Source: Anthoceros angustus (Eukaryota; Plantae; Anthocerotophyta). From it: 64,000 nucleotides of DNA. Positions 23,020-33,899 of this stretch are shown here, piece after piece (the first letter of the stretch is position 1; the number at the start of each line of letters is the position of its first letter). Where the stretch lies: assembly GCA_010909165.1 (NCBI GenBank), contig MU008169.1, positions 310,001 to 374,000 on the forward strand, in the 5' to 3' direction. The notes under the pieces were generated by a model. That model was not told the DNA's origin. It did no database searches and worked only from the letters and a program-made list of their open reading frames with translations. The translations under genes were made by a program, and so were the position numbers.

Positions 23020-24651
23020 ATGGCCACCGCGTCAGCAGCATTCAAGTCCAGGGAGGATCACCGGAAGCAGTTGGAGTTGGAGGAGGCTCGGAAAGCTGGG
23101 CTTGCTCCAGCCGAGGTTGACGAAGATGGCAAGGAAATCAATCCCCATATTCCGCAGTACATGTCCTCTGCGCCCTGGTACCTCAATTCGGAGAAACCGA
23201 GCTTGAAGCATCAGAAGAACTGGAAGTCGGATCCGAATTACACCAAGGACTGGTATGACCGCGGTGCCAAGGTTTTCCAAGCTAGTAAGTACAGGAAGGG
23301 AGCGTGTGTGAATTGTGGAGCCATGACTCACGACTCCAAGATGTGTATGGAAAGGCCCCGGAAGGTTGGTGCAAAGTGGACTAACAAGCACATTGCTCCT
23401 GATGAGAAGGTGGAGTCGTTTGAGTTGGATTATGATGGGAAGCGGGATCGGTGGAATGGGTATGACTCTGGAACGTACGCTAGGGTTATAGACTCGTATG
23501 AGATGAGGGACGAGGCCAGGAGGAAGTATCAGAAGGAGCAGCAGCTGAAGAAGCTGGCGGAGAAGGAGAGCGTGGGAGATCAGGAGGGGAAGGACAGCGA
23601 TGATGATGAGGACGAAGATGAGGATGTTGAAGTGGATGAGGCCAAGGTGGATGAGAGTGAGCAGATGGATTTTGCCAAGGTGGAGAAGCGTGTCAGGACT
23701 ACTGGAGGAGGAAGCACTGGAACTGTGCGTAATCTTAGGATTCGGGAGGATACTGCTAAGTACCTTCTTAATCTTGATACCAATTCGGCTCACTACGACC
23801 CCAAGACCCGATCTATGAGGGAGGATCCACTGCCGGACAGTGATCCCAATGAGAAGTTCTACGCTGGGGATAACCGGAACAGGATCAGTGGGCAGGCTCA
23901 GGAATTTAAGCAGCTTAACATCCATGCCTGGGAGGCGTACGAGAAAGGGCAGGATATCCACTTGCAAGCGGCACCGTCTCAGGCAGAGTTATTGCATAGA
24001 GAATTTAAGGTTAAGAAGGAGAAACTGAAATCTAGAACCAAGGATGACATCATGGATAAGTATGGTAATGCGGCCTTGGAGGAGAAACCTCCCATGGAAT
24101 TGTTGCTGGGACAGACAGAGTTGCAGATAGAGTATGACAGAGCAGGTCGTATTGTGAAGGGCCAAGAAAAAGCTGTGGCCAAGAGCAAGTACGAGGAGGA
24201 TGTGTTCATCAATAACCACACCACCGTCTGGGGTTCATGGTGGAAGGAAAATCAGTGGGGCTACAAGTGTTGTAAGCAGTTTCTTAGGAACAGCTATTGT
24301 ACCGGTCAGGCAGGAATTGAAGCTGCAGAGGCTTCAGCCAAGCTGATGCGGTCCAACATCGCTCGCAAAGAGGCTGTTCAGGAGAAGCCTGTGGTGCCTA
24401 GGGAGGAAAAGAACCTACCATGGGGCACAGATGTTCCAGATGACCTTGTGCTGGACAAGAAAAAGTTAAAGGAGGCATTGAAGAAGGAGGATGACAGGTT
24501 AAAAGGAGAGAAGGACGAGAGGAAGAGGAAGTATAATGTCACCCATGATGATGAGGTTACTGCCGAAGATATGGAAGCATACAGACTTCGGAAGGTTCAC
24601 TTTGACGATCCCATGACACAGATGCGAGGCATGGCACGTAAAGTAACATAA
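23020..24651 (+). CDS. SLU7: Pre-mRNA splicing factor SLU7, intronless CDS
   Basis: MATASAAFKSREDHRKQLELEEARKAGLAPAEVDEDGKEINPHIPQY, zinc knuckle CVNCGAMTHDSKMC, YDGKRDRWNGYD, TVRNLRIREDTAKYLLNLD, NHTTVWGSWW. Confidence 0.97.
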   Translation: MATASAAFKSREDHRKQLELEEARKAGLAPAEVDEDGKEINPHIPQYMSSAPWYLNSEKPSLKHQKNWKSDPNYTKDWYDRGAKVFQASKYRKGACVNCGAMTHDSKMCMERPRKVGAKWTNKHIAPDEKVESFELDYDGKRDRWNGYDSGTYARVIDSYEMRDEARRKYQKEQQLKKLAEKESVGDQEGKDSDDDEDEDEDVEVDEAKVDESEQMDFAKVEKRVRTTGGGSTGTVRNLRIREDTAKYLLNLDTNSAHYDPKTRSMREDPLPDSDPNEKFYAGDNRNRISGQAQEFKQLNIHAWEAYEKGQDIHLQAAPSQAELLHREFKVKKEKLKSRTKDDIMDKYGNAALEEKPPMELLLGQTELQIEYDRAGRIVKGQEKAVAKSKYEEDVFINNHTTVWGSWWKENQWGYKCCKQFLRNSYCTGQAGIEAAEASAKLMRSNIARKEAVQEKPVVPREEKNLPWGTDVPDDLVLDKKKLKEALKKEDDRLKGEKDERKRKYNVTHDDEVTAEDMEAYRLRKVHFDDPMTQMRGMARKVT

Positions 24652-25840
24652 GTTGTTGCTTAGACCGTCACAGGCAGATTGGGTAGGTCAGTGCAAGGAC
24701 CAAGGAGAAGCAATGCAGACGACCTTGTATGAGGAGAATGGTGTTCATCACTAATCACCACACTGCCGGGTATCACGGTGGAGGGTGAGTCAGTAAAGTC
24801 TTTAGGCGGGGTGCTCGAGAGGCTGTTGTGTGTAGTGCCAAGCGTCACCTATCATAGAGATTGACTGCTGCCAGGCTCCTGAAAGCACTTTTGGCAACAG
24901 ACGTTCAGCTCACTTTAGGCACATCACTTGGTTATTAGCTCAGAACTTATTTCTGCCAGGAGACTAAGTGTATTCACTGAAAATGTCGGCTGATATGAAG
25001 AGGGGCCACACCAACTGCCACAGTAAGCATGACTCTCACTGTTGTCGTGGTCCTGGTTTCTCGTTTGCTTTTCTTCTAGATCTCATTGAGGAGTTCTCAC
25101 CTCCTTGCAGGGGATATGGTCTTGGAGGAAGATGATGAATTGTTGTCGGTGAGGACCCATCTGGTGACATTTCTGTGGTCGCACTCTACTCCATACGCCT
25201 ACAGAACCAAGAGTATCCCTTGTCTATGTTCCCAGCTGCTTACTGTAATGTGTGAAACGAAAGCATTGAGGGCCATTGCCGGAAAATGTACAACAAAAGC
25301 ACCCGTGATTTCCTCGTTGTGTTACAAGTGAGCACTCTGGCAGGAGAAGCATCAAGGACTCCAGGATTGTTTACAATTTTTTACACGAGTGAACATGACC
25401 CCGACGTCGGGGAACTTTGGGCACTATCTCTGCGGAGTTGCTTACATACAAAAATTACTTTCAAAGATGAGTTGGTGGGATCCAAGGTGGCTGCCTCGTC
25501 CTCCAGGGGTGACGAGTGCACGCTACAGAATTGGACTATCTTCTGTCCATATTGTCTTACGTACTTTACAGGGATCCCATCCCCAAGAACACAATAAAGC
25601 ACCTTGTTATAATTACAGCGATTCTCCTGGTTATAGATCATTCAGAAGGCTTCCATTGAGAGTCTCTTATTTCAAGACTGTAGCCGCAATCTTTAAAAGA
25701 GTACTATTCCGAGTTTGATGTCCAGACGCTTCAATTAAATGGACACTTCAATCAACCACATGTATTTCACATCCGAACACACAATAAATGTTCTTCTCGT
25801 TTCTGGGTGACTTACACATGATAAACGTTAGCTCGTGTCT

Positions 25841-25996
25841 GCGCAGGCTTGAGGCTTTTTTAACCAATAACTTCAAATGCAGACAAGTTTGAGGTTTTTT
25901 TAACCAATAACTTCAGACGCAGACAGGCTTAAGGTTTTTTTAACCAATAACTTCATACGCAAATAGGCTTGAGGTATTTTTAACCAATAACTTCAG
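25841..25996. repeat. ~40-bp minisatellite x4
   Basis: caggcttgaggttttttaaccaataacttca-like unit repeated four times with variants. Confidence 0.85.
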
Positions 25997-26342
25997 GGAG
26001 GTTGTGCCGGTATCATGCTGTCGAGGACTGTTTGAATTCCACTAAGTTATTTTATACTAAAAAAAATTCAAGAATAGAATGTGTGTAAATAGACAAACTT
26101 AAATGCAGAAGAAGTCTATCAATTGTCCACTTGGATGGAATGAGCTAAGTGTGTTTCACAATTAATTGCACAACTTAGTTCATAGCTACATGTTGATTTC
26201 ACTAATTTTTAGGTGTGAGACTAGCTCTTGGAATCAAAAGCAGGCCCAACAATGTTTAAGATCGTTCAAATAAAATGATCTTCAAACAAAATTCTTCAAC
26301 ATAGATTTTATTTATTATCGATCAACTTTTGAGGGAGAAGAG

Positions 26343-27968
26343 CTAGCTATAAGTTGACGAAGAAGAGCCTATGTAATCAGGTGCGCCTCCGACCACGGAT
26401 AATGGTCCAACAGGCATTGTGGGGCTCGCTTCTGGTGCCTCAAAACCTGGTTCCGGTGGAGATGTATAATCACTTGTAGGGGCTTTTAGTGCCTCAAAAA
26501 CTGGTTTCGGTGGAGATGTATAATCACTTGTAGGGGTTGTTGGTGCCTCAAAAACTGGTTCTGGTGCAGATGTATAATCACTTGTAGGGGTTGTTGGTGC
26601 CTCAAAACCGGTTCGTGCGTATGTATAATCACTAGTAGGTCATGGTGCCTCAAAACCGGTTCTGTGCGGATGTATAATCACTTGTAGGTGGTGCCTCAAA
26701 AGCGGTTCGTGCATATGTATAATCACTTGTGGGGCTCGCCGTGCCTCAAAAGTGTGTTCGTGCATGTATAATCACTTGTAGGGGTTGTTGGTGCCTCAAA
26801 AACTGGTTCTGGTGCAGATGTATAATCACTTGTCGGGGCTGTTGGTGCCTCAAAAACTGGTTCTGGTGCAGATGTATAATCACTAGTAGGGGCTGTTGGT
26901 GCCTGAAAAACTGGTTCCGGTGCATATGTATAATCACTTGTAGGGGCTGTTGGTGCCTCAAAAGCAGGTTCTGGTGCAGATGTATAATCACTTGTAGGGG
27001 CTGTTGGTGCCTCAAAAGCTGGTTCTGGTGCAGATGTATAATCACTTGTAGGGGCTGTTGGTGCCTCAAAAACTGGTTCCGGTGCAGATGTATAATCACT
27101 TCTAGGGGCTTTTGGTGCCTCAAAAACTGGTTCCGGTGGAGATGCATAATCACTTGTAGGGGCGTCTGCATCCCAACCCCTAGGAGCATTCTTAAACCAA
27201 GGTCCCCTAGCAAGTACCAAAAGATATGATTAATTTCAACTTTGATGATAAAATATGCTGGTGGTCTAAAACGAACAATGAAAAATGTAGCAGCTCTTAC
27301 TCCATGTAAGTCTCCAAAACATCCGGGAGAGAGTGTGTGTCCTCGCCATTAGAGAACATGGCTTTCCATGCTTTTGGAGACAGCACAATATCCGCATCAC
27401 AAACATTGTACTCGTCATTAGTTTTGGATTGATGACAAGTGTCTGGATCGGTCTCCCCATACACGAGTACGGAAGTCCGCATATTTAGAATAGTGCATTT
27501 ATATGGGGTCCCTACAATATCACTCTCATCCATAGGGCATATTAGAAATGTAGCATTGCACACACTCTCACTTAGTTTACTCATATCCTCCAACAAAAGG
27601 GGAGAAAACAAGGCCCAATAGCCATCATTAGGATCAGTTGAATTCTCAGTCTGCGAAGGACAATTATCTGACTTCGGTGCTATATACAAATCAACAATAC
27701 AGACAAACTATTAGCCTTCCATTAAAGACAAGATTGATCCATTCAATAATATTGAAGCTTTTCATGAAATGCAGAGCATATACAAGGTTTTACTGTACTT
27801 ACGAAATGTGACGGGAAAAATAGGATATCGTGTGGTGTTCCATGACCTCCCAAACGAAGCAGGCCGTGGAGCTGGCGCCCTAGATGCACCAAGTTTACAA
27901 CTCATATTTGAAATAAAAACAACTAGAACCAAGACCATGATACACGTTTTTACATGCAAACTAGCCAT
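26343..27968 (-). CDS. Secreted EG45/expansin-like DPBB-domain protein with a long C-terminal Pro/Thr/Ala/Glu repeat tail; frameshifts inside the repeat array
   Basis: Signal peptide MASLHVKTCIMVLVLVVFISNMSC. Phase-consistent exons 27968-27803, 27679-27301, 27206-26343. Cys pattern C...SVCNATFLIC...PYKCT...TSVLV...C...CDADIVLSPKAWKAM resembles EG45 (CG..Y.V.C...CT...V.V...C..DL.LS..AF). The frame resumes after the damaged units and ends ...GGAPDYIGSSSSTYS*. Confidence 0.7.
26440..27165 (-). repeat. Coding 54-bp tandem repeat, 14 units (APTSDYTSAPEPVFEAPT)
   Basis: taatcact recurs every 54 bp from 27148 to 26770 and from 26575 to 26467, with four shortened units (about 44-51 bp) between. Confidence 0.92.
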
Positions 27969-28909
27969 ATTGATAATAACCTTTGTTCTTCAATCTCAAT
28001 ACATGCTCTACATATATAGGGTAGCAGAGTCTCAAGTTGCGCTACATATTTCTGAAAGTAAAAATAAAAAATAAAGAAATTATAAAAATATATACTGAAT
28101 AAGAATTTAAGAAGAGTTACATGTACATGTATGATGTTCTCTTTTTAATCAGATCAAATTATTAAATACTAGAATTAATTTTAGTTGGTTGTTGTTGAAC
28201 TTGAAGAACCACTATGGGATTAAGAGATTTACATATGTTTTGTTCAAGAGTTATCATGGAAGTTGCATTGGTACCTTTTTTCCTTTTCTTCTTTGGGCAT
28301 AACATTAGAAGAAATTGTATTGAATCCATGCAAGATGTTGAGGTTTTTTTGGTACGAAGAATATTCCAAATAATAATAATAAATCCAAAATCATATATCA
28401 TTCTCTAACTTGCAACTTGCCGAACTTGAACAAGCAAGCTAAAAATTAATGTATTTTTAAGTCCCTCACTCTAATACAATAACAACAACAAGTGAGCTAA
28501 AGTTGGATGGACAAATATTACTTATCTACACAACTATGACATCCAGTCAAGTTCGTCACTCACCGTTCTCCGAGCATGTCTCATTCAAGTAAGCATTTCT
28601 TGTAGTCACTTCACGTTGCCACGTTAGAGACAAACCTGACCCATAAATTCAGGAGACCAGAAAATTAAGACGCTTTAGACGAGGATTTACTCGTCCAAAG
28701 AGAAGCAATTTTTTAGACTGTTTGCAAAGTCTGAAACAGTTCTTGTCCGCAGCTGGGATAAACACTCGAAGCTTCGCGTGAGGCTTCGCTCCAATTATTT
28801 TATTGCCTTCTGTGTCTTTACAAAGTATGCTGTTGGCCTTCAGATTCTGAAAGCTCGCCATTTCGTTCTCCGGCCTGAGAGGTTGGAGGAACCGGTTCAC
28901 TGCGGAAGC

Positions 28910-29520
28910 ATGGATCAAGTGTCCTTCAGCGGCGACCAGTTCCAAGCCCTGGTGACTCCTTCCGTCCAGTTCATCGGGCCAGGTGAGCAAGCCTCCTCTT
29001 ATGATCTCCGTGTGCAGAGACGATGTGGTTTCCTCATTGCTCGCTTTGATGTGGTGCAGGAGAGGGAATCAGCGTATGGGCTCTCGGAATTCTGGTGACC
29101 CTGAAAGCTCTGGGGAACGAGACGGGGGGCTCCTACTCTCTGTGGGAGGACCTGGTGCCACCCGGTGCGAGCCCGCCTCTCCATTTCCACACCAATGAGG
29201 ACGAGACTTGGTACCTTCTGGACGGAGAGCTGGAGTGGAATGTGGGAGGCAAGACATTCCTCGCCACCAAGGGCTCCTTCGTCCACCTCCCGAAGTTTGT
29301 GCCGCACGCGTTTGTGAACAAATCGAGCAAACCAGCCCGCATGGTTCTCACGTACACCCCGGCGGGCTTCGAGGGCTTTTTCCTGGATGTAGGCATTCCA
29401 GCGCAGTATCCAGATGACACGGACGATCTCAGTCCTCCGAAGCTCACCAAGGACGACCTGGCGAAGGCTATCAAATTAGGGGAAGGCTACGGCATGGTGG
29501 TCGTTGGACACTCATCCTAA
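28910..29520 (+). CDS. Bacterial-type monocupin (quercetin 2,3-dioxygenase/QueD-like), 2 exons
   Basis: Exons 28910-28982 and 29060-29520 give ...IGPGEGISVWALGILVTLKALGNETGGSYSLWEDLVPPGASPPLHFHTNEDETWYLLDGEL...GSFVHLPKFVPHAFVN...TPAGFEGFF...YGM, with the 3-His/1-Glu cupin ligands intact. Confidence 0.88.
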
Positions 29521-30284
29521 CCTCTTCTCACCGTCCTTCCCTCTTGTAAATCAGACCTCCGGACTGCGATCTGGACATGTGCCGAATTCGGGATGCGAAC
29601 AGCACTTACTGCCCCTCGTGTAGAGGAGCTTCATTTCCAAGGCCCTCTCTCTCACTGAGCTCTCTGACCTTACAGTAGTACCACGGTCTGGCCAGCTCTG
29701 TACCTTGTACAGCCTTCCAATAAGAAAATAAGAGAATCTTGCAAGCGTTACCTGTTCTGCAAAGATGTCCATGGCTGTTGACCTCTTGCCAGCACAGAAC
29801 TTGAAAACCATGCTTTGATACCAGTCTTTGTAGGACACCACTTCGGGAGCAGGTTTGAAAGACTGCAACAGCCAACCCTGATCAGCTCGACGACTCCTGA
29901 AGCTATTCGTCCTCCCTTTTTGTTGCAGCCTGCTCTTCTCACACTAAGAGAGAGCTCAAGCTTCATCACCTTTTTCATTGTGTCCACTTCCTTCTAGCGC
30001 TGCAAAGCCTTCACTTTCCACGCGAATGCAAATCTTCAACGTCCCTAATCCGGCAGAAATCTCAAGCTTCCGTTCTCCAACTCGGCAAGCTTCCACAGAA
30101 GTGATGGACTCTATTTCTTGAAAGGTAAATGATACATCGGGAAGGCCAGCTTAGCCTTCCAAAAGAATTGTTCTGCAATTTCTCTTACACGCAGAGCCTT
30201 AAACCCTGGCAACAATTCCACATTCCCGCTACAACTACATCTTTAGTATACATTGCGAATCTACAAGCAGAGCGGATCTGACCG

Positions 30285-31265
30285 TCACGAATCGGAAGAA
30301 GCAACGGCCTCAATCTCCGTCCCATCTTCAAAGTAGGAACTCTCCTGCGTCCACTCCGGCGTCGTCCCGGCCCAGCTCCTAGGCCTGGCCCCGGTCCAGC
30401 CATGAATCACCCGCTCCATCTTCCCGAAGAAATTCGTCCGATTCAACACCGGATTCCACACTCCACTCACAATACAATAATTGATATCATACGGGGACCG
30501 GTGATGCGCTCCGTGCATCTTCCGCGACACCAAAACTCCCCGATCCTGCAACGCCACAACAATCTCCGGCAGCTGGCTCCGCTTACAGTGCGCCCAAGCG
30601 TGAAACTGCTGGCACAGCATGATGCAGCCGAGAAAAGAGCCTAAGAACGCATCCCCCCCGGCATTTTCCGGAAGCATCAAAAACGGCGCCAGGGCAAACG
30701 CGATAGGCTTGGCCACAGCGTGGATGTTGTTCGCGAACTGGCGCTTGGTGATCGTCCATGGCCGCTGGTGGTGGCCCTGGAAAGCGTCGATCTGCGACCC
30801 GAACACCGGCGTCCGCGCGTCCCCGTAGTTGTCGATCCCCCAGTGGAAAATCCCGGTCCCGAGGTCCGCCAGCACGTACCCGCAGGCGAGCCCGCGACCG
30901 CGGCCGCCTCCCCGACCGCGCCCGACTCCGCGGCCGCCGCCCAGGCCTTCGCCAGCGCCCCCAGGACGGCGCCCGCGCCCGCCGCGACCCACGCCCGGTG
31001 CTCCAATGTCGACTCCAGGGCCGTGTCCTTGGACCCGATGGCCGCGGCTGCTGCCGCGGTCTCCACCCCCGGTCCGCCAGCAGCGCCTGCGCCTGCGGTC
31101 CCCGCCCGCCGCACACAGCTCGCAATTGCGATTTGCAGAAGGTGCCTTCCGCGGGTAGGAGGGAGAAGGAGGAGCGGCTCCTGCTCCTCCGCCTGCCTCG
31201 TCCAGAGCTCGAATCGGCGGGAGGTGTAGGAGGAGCTTGCCGTGCGGGGATGCGAGGATTACCAT
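30285..31265 (-). CDS. FAD4: Plastid trans-delta3 hexadecenoyl desaturase FAD4 (TMEM189/Kua family), intronless, apparent frameshift(s) in the GC-rich 5' part
   Basis: GYVLADLGTGIFHWGIDNYG, AFQGHHQRPWTITKRQFANN, QQFHAWAH, HGAHHRSPYDINYCIVSG. The conserved ESTLEHRAW motif lies in another frame (ORF 30677-31114), implying a 1-nt deletion near 30890-30905. Confidence 0.88.
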   Translation of the reverse strand: MVILASPHGKLLLHLPPIRALDEAGGGAGAAPPSPSYPRKAPSANRNCELCAAGGDRRRRRCWRTGGGDRGSSRGHRVQGHGPGVDIGAPGVGRGGRGRRPGGAGEGLGGGRGVGRGRGGGRGRGLACGYVLADLGTGIFHWGIDNYGDARTPVFGSQIDAFQGHHQRPWTITKRQFANNIHAVAKPIAFALAPFLMLPENAGGDAFLGSFLGCIMLCQQFHAWAHCKRSQLPEIVVALQDRGVLVSRKMHGAHHRSPYDINYCIVSGVWNPVLNRTNFFGKMERVIHGWTGARPRSWAGTTPEWTQESSYFEDGTEIEAVASSDS

Positions 31266-31732
31266 CTTCGATTCAAGGCTGGAAGGAGACAATTCGCGTT
31301 GCGGCCGGATGGGGGCGGGAGGGAGCGCGTCGAATTCTCCCTCCCAGACGTGACACAGCCGAGAGCCGAGGGGAGTGGAAGGAATGCCTAGCCGTGTTCA
31401 GCGGTTTGCGTTGGATGGCAGGCCTGTGTAGAGTGCCGCGTGGCGGAAGCCTATGGGTTGTGGAGTCAGGAGGAGTGGCGTGGCCCGCTTTCACCCCTGT
31501 GTTCACTTCGTCGTGGGACGGTTGATCACCCGCCGCTCAAATTTGTTCCCACCCTTATCTCGGCTTTGTGTACCACATGCCAAACGAATTTAGGTGGGGA
31601 TGGACAGCTTCTTGTGCATCTTTGGTGTGGTCTTCGGGTGTCATGCGGATTCACTTACCCACGAAATTCAATAAAATTTGTAAGGTTGTAAGTTTCATAC
31701 GGGAAAAGAAGATTTTATTATAAAAAAGAGAT

Positions 31733-31885
31733 GGGAAAAATCCATCCATCCCAAAAAAAAAAAATCATCTACCCCAAAAAAAAAGGGGAAAAATCCATCC
31801 ATCCCAAAAACAAAAGGGAAAAATCCATCCACCCCAAACACAAAAGGGAAAAACCTATCCACCCCAAAAACAAAAGGGAAAAACC
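31733..31885. repeat. ~29-bp A-rich minisatellite x5
   Basis: aaaagggaaaaatccatccaccccaaaaac variants. Confidence 0.85.
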
Positions 31886-32061
31886 CAATGAAGGACACGA
31901 TGCCAGGGGACTAGCCCCTATGATCACACATTTCAAAACTACCAATTGCTCCAAGAACTTTGTGGTTAGGGATATGAAAAGGCCTACTTACCACCAGTGT
32001 CGAAGAAGCTGCATACTAATACCAAGGAAATCAAATAGGGAGGAAGCTTACAAGGCAATTT

Positions 32062-32251
32062 ATTCCTTAACACTCATCCACTCATCCTAACCATATGTAA
32101 AAGTTTGGAAGTTTCATACTAATACCAGAAATATTCCTTAACACTCATCCACTCATCCTAACCATATGTAAAAGTTTGGAAGTTTCATACTAATACCAGA
32201 AATATTCCTTGACACTCATCCACTCATCCTAACCATATGTAAAAGTTTGGA
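32062..32251. repeat. 69-bp tandem repeat, about 2.8 units
   Basis: attccttaacactcatccactcatcctaaccatatgtaaaagtttggaagtttcatactaataccagaaat, near-identical copies. Confidence 0.9.
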
Positions 32252-33899
32252 ATAGTGTGGTGACTATTGTAGTTGACTATTGTCTAGGTGGTAAGTGCTA
32301 CTACCCTCTTTGTCATGATCCGGTTTGAGACGGGTTTAGCAAAGCCTTGTCGCATGTCCATCTTCAGCAAATAATGCAGTTCCGCTTGTGTGGCACAAAT
32401 CTCGATGCACATCCGATGCACCATGCAGGAGGGATGCAACTCTTCCTTCCCTACTCTTTTGCAACTGGCTATTTGTTCACCGTCCACAATGTTGAACAGC
32501 GATGTCTTACCCGAACTTCCAATCTCTGCTCCGTCGACTTATAAATAGATCATAATACATATGCAAGGGAGAATGTCTGAAATATAATATAACTCAGCAC
32601 TTGGCACGACATTCAATTATGGAATACTTACCTACCACAATTGTTCTGCAATCTACCTATCTCTTGCCTCCGTGAAGACTTTTCTTTCGATGCAACTGAT
32701 CTATACCACACATTACTAATATCCGCAAGTACTAGAGTTGCCTTCTTTCCTTAGTTTCGTTTGAGGTATTTGGCTCACAAAAAGCTCATTTTTGATTGAT
32801 GGAATTACCTCCTAGGATATGGTTCACCACTTGCTAGGTGATGGCTAAGCCCTCCTCCACAACAACAATTTGCATACTAATTAACACCTACTACAAGTCT
32901 TTGTGCATGTGGGAGAAGGTAAGGTTGCTTAAAACTAAACCGAGTCTTACCTCATTCACGAGAACCATCAGGCTCATGTTATTTAAGCCCTGCATAGCAT
33001 AGTGATTGGGCATATATTTGGACTTATGATTGGCCCATAAATTATTCACAATCGGGTACAATTCACCTATAATTGACCCACAATTTACTTATAATACCTA
33101 CACAGGTACAAAAATATATACCACATATTTCTACCTACCATACATGTTGCAACATACAAGTGATGTTTGTGACCCTTTTGATCTTGTTTTTGGGGCATCT
33201 GCCCGGGCTTCTTCGCAGGTTGAAGCACCTACCTCCGATTTTGGCCGGTACAAGTATAATGTACCAAATGTACACCCTTTGTTGTTTCTCATTTAAGTTT
33301 TTCCGTAGTCTCTCTCTACGCTATAGAATACACAATTTGTACATAGTTTCTTCTAGATAGCATCAAATGCATACAAAACTTGGTTATACATACAGTTCTC
33401 TACTCTATGTATACCCAAAATTTTTCTTTGCACGATTCAAGTGCACGTTTGGTGTATTTGAACCGTTCACCTTTGAGAGAAAAATTGTGCTACCGCTTTA
33501 GGGTTTTATTTTCGGATTTGGCTCCAAAAAATCCATGTTTACACCATGCATACATTGATTTAAGGTTTTCATGAGAGTCATACCAAAGTTCAGAGCAAAC
33601 GCCCTTTCCCTTCGCTCCATCAAGTTTGCACCTCCTACGGCAGAGGATTTGAAGCATCTAGGTCATTTGGAGATCCTACTTTGGAGGGTCGAGCTACGAA
33701 TGCTATGGGCATTAAGTGCCCCTTCATCCTCCTGCTCATTGCTGATTGCATACACTGGCCTCAAGCCTGCTAGAAGCACGACCATCTCCGACTAACCCCT
33801 TCCCCGCATGAACACCCTAAGGTTGCCAAGCATTCGTTGAAGTTGTCATCCCCGAGCTACGCAGAACTTCCCAAGATGTGTCACACTCTAGACTTTATC

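Noticed and set aside
23032-23967. 311-aa antisense ORF
   Set aside because: It is a shadow of the SLU7 coding strand with no recognisable features.
26440-27165. Regularly spaced repeats here and at 13.7, 25.9 and 44.1 kb as CRISPR arrays
   Set aside because: The units are contiguous with no unique spacers, there are no cas genes, and the context is eukaryotic. The 54-bp array is protein-coding.
26729-27229. Cys-rich (+) and His/Gln-rich (-) repeat ORFs
   Set aside because: They are alternative frames of the 54-bp repeat. Only the APTSDY frame is splice-compatible with the signal-peptide gene.
30583-31525. Several long overlapping ORFs around FAD4, and likewise around 14.4-15.0 and 37.3-39.6 kb
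   Set aside because: Such stop-poor shadow frames are expected in very GC-rich exons.
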